64,000 nucleotides of DNA, from the IMG/VR virus record IMGVR_UViG_3300038755_000021, positions 1 through 64,000 of that record; one strand, given 5' to 3'. This DNA comes from an uncultured virus (IMG/VR IMGVR_UViG_3300038755_000021) (Duplodnaviria > Heunggongvirae > Uroviricota > Caudoviricetes). The position numbers were made by a program, and so were the translations under genes. Below, piece by piece: positions 57,595 to 64,000 of the stretch (its first letter is position 1; the number at the start of each line of letters is the position of its first letter). The notes under the pieces were generated by a model that was given only the letters and a program-made list of their open reading frames with translations, did not search any database and had not been told where the DNA came from.

Positions 57595-59780
57595 GAATTA
57601 GAAACTAAAAAAGTTTCCGAAGTTCCTAGATTTAGACAGAATATATTAAATATATTAAAAAATGTAGAAGCTCAAAAAGATGAAAAATCTGCTAAAGAAA
57701 CATCTAAAGAGGCTTGGAAAGATGTTACAAAGATTGTAAGACTTAGAACACCAGATTCTAAATTTGATTCTGTAAATGTTAGTAAAGGTATAAAGGCTGG
57801 TATGACTAATCCAAGAAAAGGTGTTGGTCCAGTATTTACATATTTCTTTGAATCATCTCCGGGTAAACCAAAAGGTTTTCTTACTAAAAAAGATGGTAAA
57901 ACATATAAAGGATTAAGTGCAGAAGAATTAGTTGAGTTGATAGAAGATCATAGAATTAATGTGCCACATGATAATGCTAAAGATTTCATAAACGATAACC
58001 CAGATGTATTATTAACAGATCTTGATGTAAATTCAACACAGGATAATCAGTTAGTATTTGATAATGATATAGAAAGTTTATCAAATACACAAATAGATTC
58101 TGGTACCAGAGTTAATTCTAGAGCGAAACCTGTTAAGTTCAAAGTAACAGAGAGTTCTGAAAAAGAACAAAAAACTAAAGACTTATCTTATATTAAAGAT
58201 AGATTTGCTAATCTTGGTATTGTAGTTTCAAATAAAGAATTAAATAAGTTAGCTGAAATATTTGGAGCTAATACTGGTACAGTATGGGGAGCATTTCATG
58301 ATGCAGTATTATTTTTAAATGAAAATGCTGGAATTAAGTTTCAGAAACATGAAGCGTTTCACGTTTTGTTTAATGTTTATCTAACTCCTGAACAACAAAA
58401 AGTAGTATTAACAGAAGCTTATGATAAATTTGGAAAAGAATTAGGTATTAATAAAGAGGAATTTGAACAATGGTTAAATAAACCTACAACTAACACTGCT
58501 AAATTTAAACAAGGAAATTTAAATGAAGTTGATTATATATTAAAAGCTGTAGATATTTTACAATCAGATAATGCTAAACAAATATTTGAAAAAGGTAAAA
58601 AGAATAATTGGACTTTAGATAAAATATTAACAGAACTTAAAATACCTAAAGAACAAAAAGAATTATTATTAAATTTAAATATTACAGATAGAGAACAGTT
58701 AGCTTTAGAATTAGCTAGTAATTATAGTTATACTGTTGAGATTAATACTGCAACAAAAAAGAAGTCTTCTCAAACTTTTGGTAAACCATATCAATTATTG
58801 GATAGTGAATTTCCTAATACTTGGCGTGTAGATACTGGTACATGGGCTATTGATTTTACAACAGAGGAGGAGGCATTAAATTATATTGCTAGAAATAATA
58901 AGCAAGAAAATACTCAATATTATTCTAATATAACAGTTAATGAAGATTTTTATAAAAATAATCCTGATTGGGAATATAAAGAACAAAGAATAACTACACC
59001 ATTAATTAAACCTTCTATTAAAGGTCATGCTCAATTTGCACAAGATAATGATATAGGTTGGTTTAGAGCTTGGTATAATAAAAAAACAGGAGAGGTACAT
59101 GTACTAGAAGTACAATCTGATTTATTTCAGAAAGGTAGAGATAAAGAATTTTTAGTAGATAATTATAAACATACTCCAGGAGATAGAAATTTTAATGTTA
59201 CTTATGAAGGCAAGGAATATAAAGTTGGAACTATGGGGGGTATGCAAAGAGTTGTTATTTATAAAACTCTTGAAGGACAAGTGCATTATGAAAATCCAAA
59301 ACAAGATTGGCTAACACAAGAAGAAATACCACAAGGACTAAAAGATATTGTATCTAATAAATTTAATAGTTTAAAACAGGAAGTATTAACTCAAAATAAA
59401 TCTAATAAGGAGAATCAATTCCTACAACTTCTAAACAAAGACTCTAATTGGGTTACATTCTTTGTTAAATCTATTATACAAGATAGTGCTAAGAAAGGTT
59501 ATGAGAAAGTATTATTTCCTACTGGTAATACTGCAAGTAAAGTAGAAGGTCATACTACTTTAGAAGAGTTTAAGAAGCAAAAAGAAGATAGGATTAAGGA
59601 GCTTGAAGGTAAATTAGATACTTTAAATACATTAAAACCTAATGAAGATTTATCACCTATTACTTTTAAGCTAGGTAGTAGTAATGAAACTTTTTATTAT
59701 AAAAATAAAGGATTTGAACAAGCTTTAAAAACTTATAAAGAACCATTTGAAAAAGAAATAAAACAACTTAAAGAGGAACT
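57595..59780 (+). CDS. Giant virion protein, segment 2: zincin-like HEAFH plus EVQSD domain
   Basis: Frame open from gap to gap; WGAF...HEAFH at 58348-58362. Confidence 0.7.
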
Positions 59781-59792
59781 NNNNNNNNNNAA

Positions 59793-62700
59793 AGAGTAGA
59801 AACAGAAGGATTTGGTGCTTTAAAACCTATTTATAATTTCTATGAAAATACTGTAACAAACATTCTTAATAAAACATATGGTAAAGATAATGTAAAACTT
59901 ATTACTGATGAATATGGTAATACTTGGAATGAAATAACAATCAATGAAAAATCTTTAGATACAATACGATTATCAACAAAACAAAACAGTTTCTATCAAA
60001 AACAAAATCCACTAGTAAGATTAGAAGAAAAACTAGCAGAAATGTTTGAAGACTTTTCTGTTGAAAATGTTGGTATTGTATCTTCTGAATTTAAAAAAGC
60101 ATACCCAGAGATATCTAAATTCTTTGATGAAATCTATAAATTTATATATGATGTATACAGAAGATTAAAACCTTATTTCACAGATAAACTATCAATACAA
60201 GATATATTTTATCAACTAGAAAAGAATACATTTAATAAGAAGATATTTAATGAAAGATTAACTTCTTATCAAAAATTATCTCAATATACTCCTAAATTTA
60301 AAATAGATACATTAAACCCAATAGAGGTTAAAAGATATTCCAGGTTTATTGCTACAGATACTCTAGAACAAGCTTTATGGAAATATGAAGCTACTAATGT
60401 AAATGGAGAGATTAAATCTAAATATGGCTTCTTAAATGATTTAACAAAGGTTAAAAGAAATGAATTCTTACAAGATTTTATTGATAAACTTGATACATTA
60501 GTTGCTAATCATTTTAAAGAATTAGGTAATCCTGAAGTTGGTGCAAAGATCAGTGAAACATTAAAGTCTAATAAAGTAGAATTTTTAAAGTATATCTTAC
60601 AAGATATAAATACTCTATATGATACTCATTATTATATGGAGGAAACAGAAGAAGATGGGGAAAAGATTAATCTAATTAGAGAGACAAATGTAAATCCAAC
60701 GCAAAACATAAAGGGTAAACTAAAGGAGTATTTACATAGAATTCCTATCAGAACAAAAGTTAATGGACAATACCAAGAGGTTATAGATGAAGATTTTGGT
60801 ATTGAGAAAAGACATGACTTTGAACAAGTATATAATAGATTATTACAGGGATTATCTGATAATCCTACTCCAGAAATGTTCTGGGAGAAACTTCAAGATT
60901 TAGCTACTAAATTTGATTGGGCTGATCATGTAAATGAACATATTAAAGCTACATTTATAGATAGCCCAATAGAGTCTGAGTTGTTTAGAGTCTTATATGC
61001 TAAGACTGGGGGTATGAGAAATATTAACTTTATTTCTGAAACAAGAAAGAAAGGTAGCTCTAAATTTTTTGAAGCAGGTAAAAGAAATGTTGCTAATGAA
61101 TTAATAGGACTATTATCTGAGAAATTTGATAATGGAGAAGCAGATGTAGCAGAGTTAAAAAAGCTAAAAGATACAGTAAAAGATGGTAAACTTTCTGAAA
61201 AAGATATATATCCATTATTAACTAATTTTGGATTTGATATAACTGAAGATGAAGCTAGTTATCTATTTTCAGAGGATAAACATAATATACAAACATTCTT
61301 TAATTTTCTAGTTAAAAATATTGATGATAAAAATTTTCATCCTTTTAGATCAAGAGACAATGAGTTAAATAAGATATCAAGAAAGATGGCAAATTTAGTT
61401 GCTAAATTACCTTCTAAACATACAATGACAGTATTAACTGTTAAAAATGAAAATGAATATATACATCAAGCAAATAACTTTGTTTCTAAATTCTTTGCTA
61501 AACTAAAAGTTAATTCTCAAGAGTTATATAATAGAGCACAAGGTTCTTTAATTCATGAAGGTATTTCACTTTATAATAGTCTTACTGGACAACAGTTTAG
61601 AGATAAGTTTAATATTCAATATGATTTAGGGTTTAAAGAAGCTGGAAGAGGTGATGGAGTAGAATATAAAGAGTATTTATTTTCAGATTTATTAACACAC
61701 GATTTTAATGCATATCTTACTCAGGTAGCAGAAGATAAAAGGATTAGAGTACCATTGCCTACATTTTCTGATGCAACAAGTAGAGCTTATTTAGTTGCTC
61801 CTTCAAAATCAGATGTAGAAAGATTAACTGTTCCATTAGTTAAAGCAGAAATGGAAAGGATTAAATATTGTAGAAAAAATAAAACTGGTTATAGAAACTT
61901 TGATATTAATGGTACACACTTTGTTATATTTCCTTTTTTAGAGAAATATAGTAAAACATTATTTAATACTAATCCTGATTTATTAGATGATTACATTGAA
62001 GGTTTATTAAAAGATCATATATCAGATAGAATAAAATTATATACTGATACTTTAGTAAAAGAAGGAGTATTAGAATATGTAGAAGATAAAGATAAACATT
62101 TAGTATTAACTCCAACTGATAATGTTGCTAAGAACCTTATTAGTGGAAAGAGTTTAAAACTTGTTATTGAGAAGTATTACAAAAATCGTTGGTTTTATAA
62201 TAATCAATTAATACCTATGTTAGCAGGTGATCCTGCATTTTATGGTAATTATAAATCATCTAAAAGTAAATATGATTATAAGAAAATATCAGATTCATTA
62301 TTAAAGAGGATGAAGGAATTACACTCTCCTAAAGAGGATGCAATCATTGTTGATGATAATAATAATCCTAAAACTATAAGACAATTAGTAATTGCTGATA
62401 TATTTAAAGACTCCTCAGAAGAAGAGATAGCTGAATTTAAACAGATATTTCCAGGTTTAAAATGGGAAGGACATAACTTAACAGATGGTCAAGGTATTAC
62501 TACTTTAGATTTTAATAGACAAGTAAGAAGTGCTTATGGTGAATTAAATAAAGAAGACTTAGCAGAATATGAAAAGATAAAAGCTGGTAAGCATGGAAAA
62601 ACAACTCCTGGATTTACAAAACCTTATTATTATAATCTAGAAACTAGAGATAATCTTTTATATCCTTTACAAGAAAAAAGCTCTGAATTTCCTTTAATTC

Positions 62701-64000
62701 CTGCTGAAGCATTCCTTACTAAGAATGGTAAAGTTGAATTCCCAGGAAGTCCAACTGACTTTAATAAATATGCTAGACCAATATTAGCTAAAATGTTATG
62801 GTTAATGAATGGTGCAGGTGATCCAAATAGAGCATTTGATAAAATAGTATTTGAATCTGTTATTAAAACAGATATCAATGAGAAAAAGTTATTATCTATA
62901 GATGATATTAATAATTTAGATTTTAAGAAAGTATATTCTTCAATAGAAGAACACTCAGCCGCAGATTATGGTAGACAACAAGTTGTACCAACTGATAAAC
63001 ATTATAATAATAAACAGAAATATGGTTCTCAAGCTAGGGTTTCTATAACAGCAGATTTAAATGAAGATGTTGTAGTTAATGGTAAAAGTTATACTCCAGC
63101 AGAAATTAGAGAGTTACATGACTCTATTTTAGTTGCAAATATTGAAGATTCAAAAGATAAACTTAAAACTAAATTTGCAAATTTAGATTCTTTTATTAAA
63201 GTATTACGTGAAGGAGCTGTAAACAGAAATAAGTCTGTTGATCAGTTAATGGCTTATGAAATACAAGAAGATGGTTATCCTGCAGTACCAATTGATTATC
63301 CTTTGACATCAGTAGAAAATCAAAAATTAGCAAATGCTGAAACAAAGAAAGCTATTATTACACCTGTTCCTGGTGGAACATTTGTAAATAGATCTTCTAT
63401 AGGTTATGCAGACGATTTAGAAGTAAAAAGAGTTTATAAAAATGGTGTTGCAGTAGCTATTGAATATGTAGAAGTAGCAATCCCTGCACATAATAGTGCC
63501 TTATTACTATTAGCAGATAAAAATGGTGTAATTGATTTTAAAAAACTAAAAGAAGAATATCCTAATTTTGACAAACTATTAGAAGGATTTGGATATAGAA
63601 TTCCTACAGAGGATAAATATTCAATGTATCCTATAAGAATTAAATATCTTCTTCCTCAAAATACAGATGCTACAATTGTTCTTCCAAAAGAAGCTCCTAC
63701 CATTACTGGTTTAGACTTTGACGTAGATAAGATGTTTGTAATGTTTAGAGCCTTTAAAATTAAGAAAGGTAATTTCTCAATGTTTACAAAGTCTATTAAT
63801 GATTATGCTATACAACATAATCTATTAAAAGAAAATGGAGAACCAGTTATATATTCTGAAGAGGAAGCAAGGGATCTTTTTAATAAAATGTTAATAAATG
63901 AACAGTCTAAAACTGAGACTGAAAGGATCTTGATAGATTATATGAAACAAGATTTTAATGAATTAAAAAATCTTATTAAGATTGAGGAATTAGGATATAT
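59793..64000 (+). CDS. Giant virion protein, segment 3: crAss-type two-barrel virion RNA polymerase (partial, not in track)
   Basis: In-frame TDGQG (62481), GYRIPTED (63591) and catalytic loop DFDVD (63714-63728); runs off the window. Confidence 0.9.

Noticed and set aside
57584..59799. Programmed frameshifts or real stops at 57601 and 59799
   Set aside because: Both arise from arbitrary 10-N gap lengths; an open frame resumes immediately after each gap.
2005..62878. Short antisense or alternate-frame ORFs inside long genes (e.g. 2005, 3029, 9321, 13202, 18752, 27381, 30888, 31125, 35224, 43248, 55165, 57154, 62630)
   Set aside because: Shadow ORFs wholly or largely overlapping better-supported genes.
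1..64000. Stop-codon reassignment (TAG or TGA), known in some crAss-like phages
   Set aside because: Long genes are intact in code 11, and TAG and TGA both end genes at tight junctions.

Overview
An AT-rich 64 kb segment of a crAss-like (Crassvirales-type) phage, read in the standard genetic code. Five TAnnTTTG promoter boxes, four with a correctly spaced TTTG, point to a Bacteroidota host. Positions 1-7019 hold small minus-strand accessory genes: a family of tetrapeptide-repeat micro-ORFs, a DUF6745-like gene pair and a broken metallophosphoesterase. They flank a nearly gene-free ~1.5 kb stretch (about 5190-6830) packed with structured RNA elements, including two covarying twister-ribozyme-like motifs. 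Positions 7902-10584 are a minus-strand unit with an intein-containing PD-(D/E)XK nuclease. From 10683 to the end runs the plus-strand late module: large terminase with two inteins, portal, major capsid protein, very Cys-rich structural/fibre proteins, tail tubular and stabilisation proteins, and cargo proteins. It ends in a giant, gap-interrupted virion protein with lysozyme-like, zincin and two-barrel RNA polymerase (DFDVD) motifs that runs off the window. Four 10-N scaffold gaps (28002-28011, 55654-55663, 57584-57593, 59781-59790) limit frame calls. All family assignments come from motif reading and gene order; no database searches or folding programs were run.
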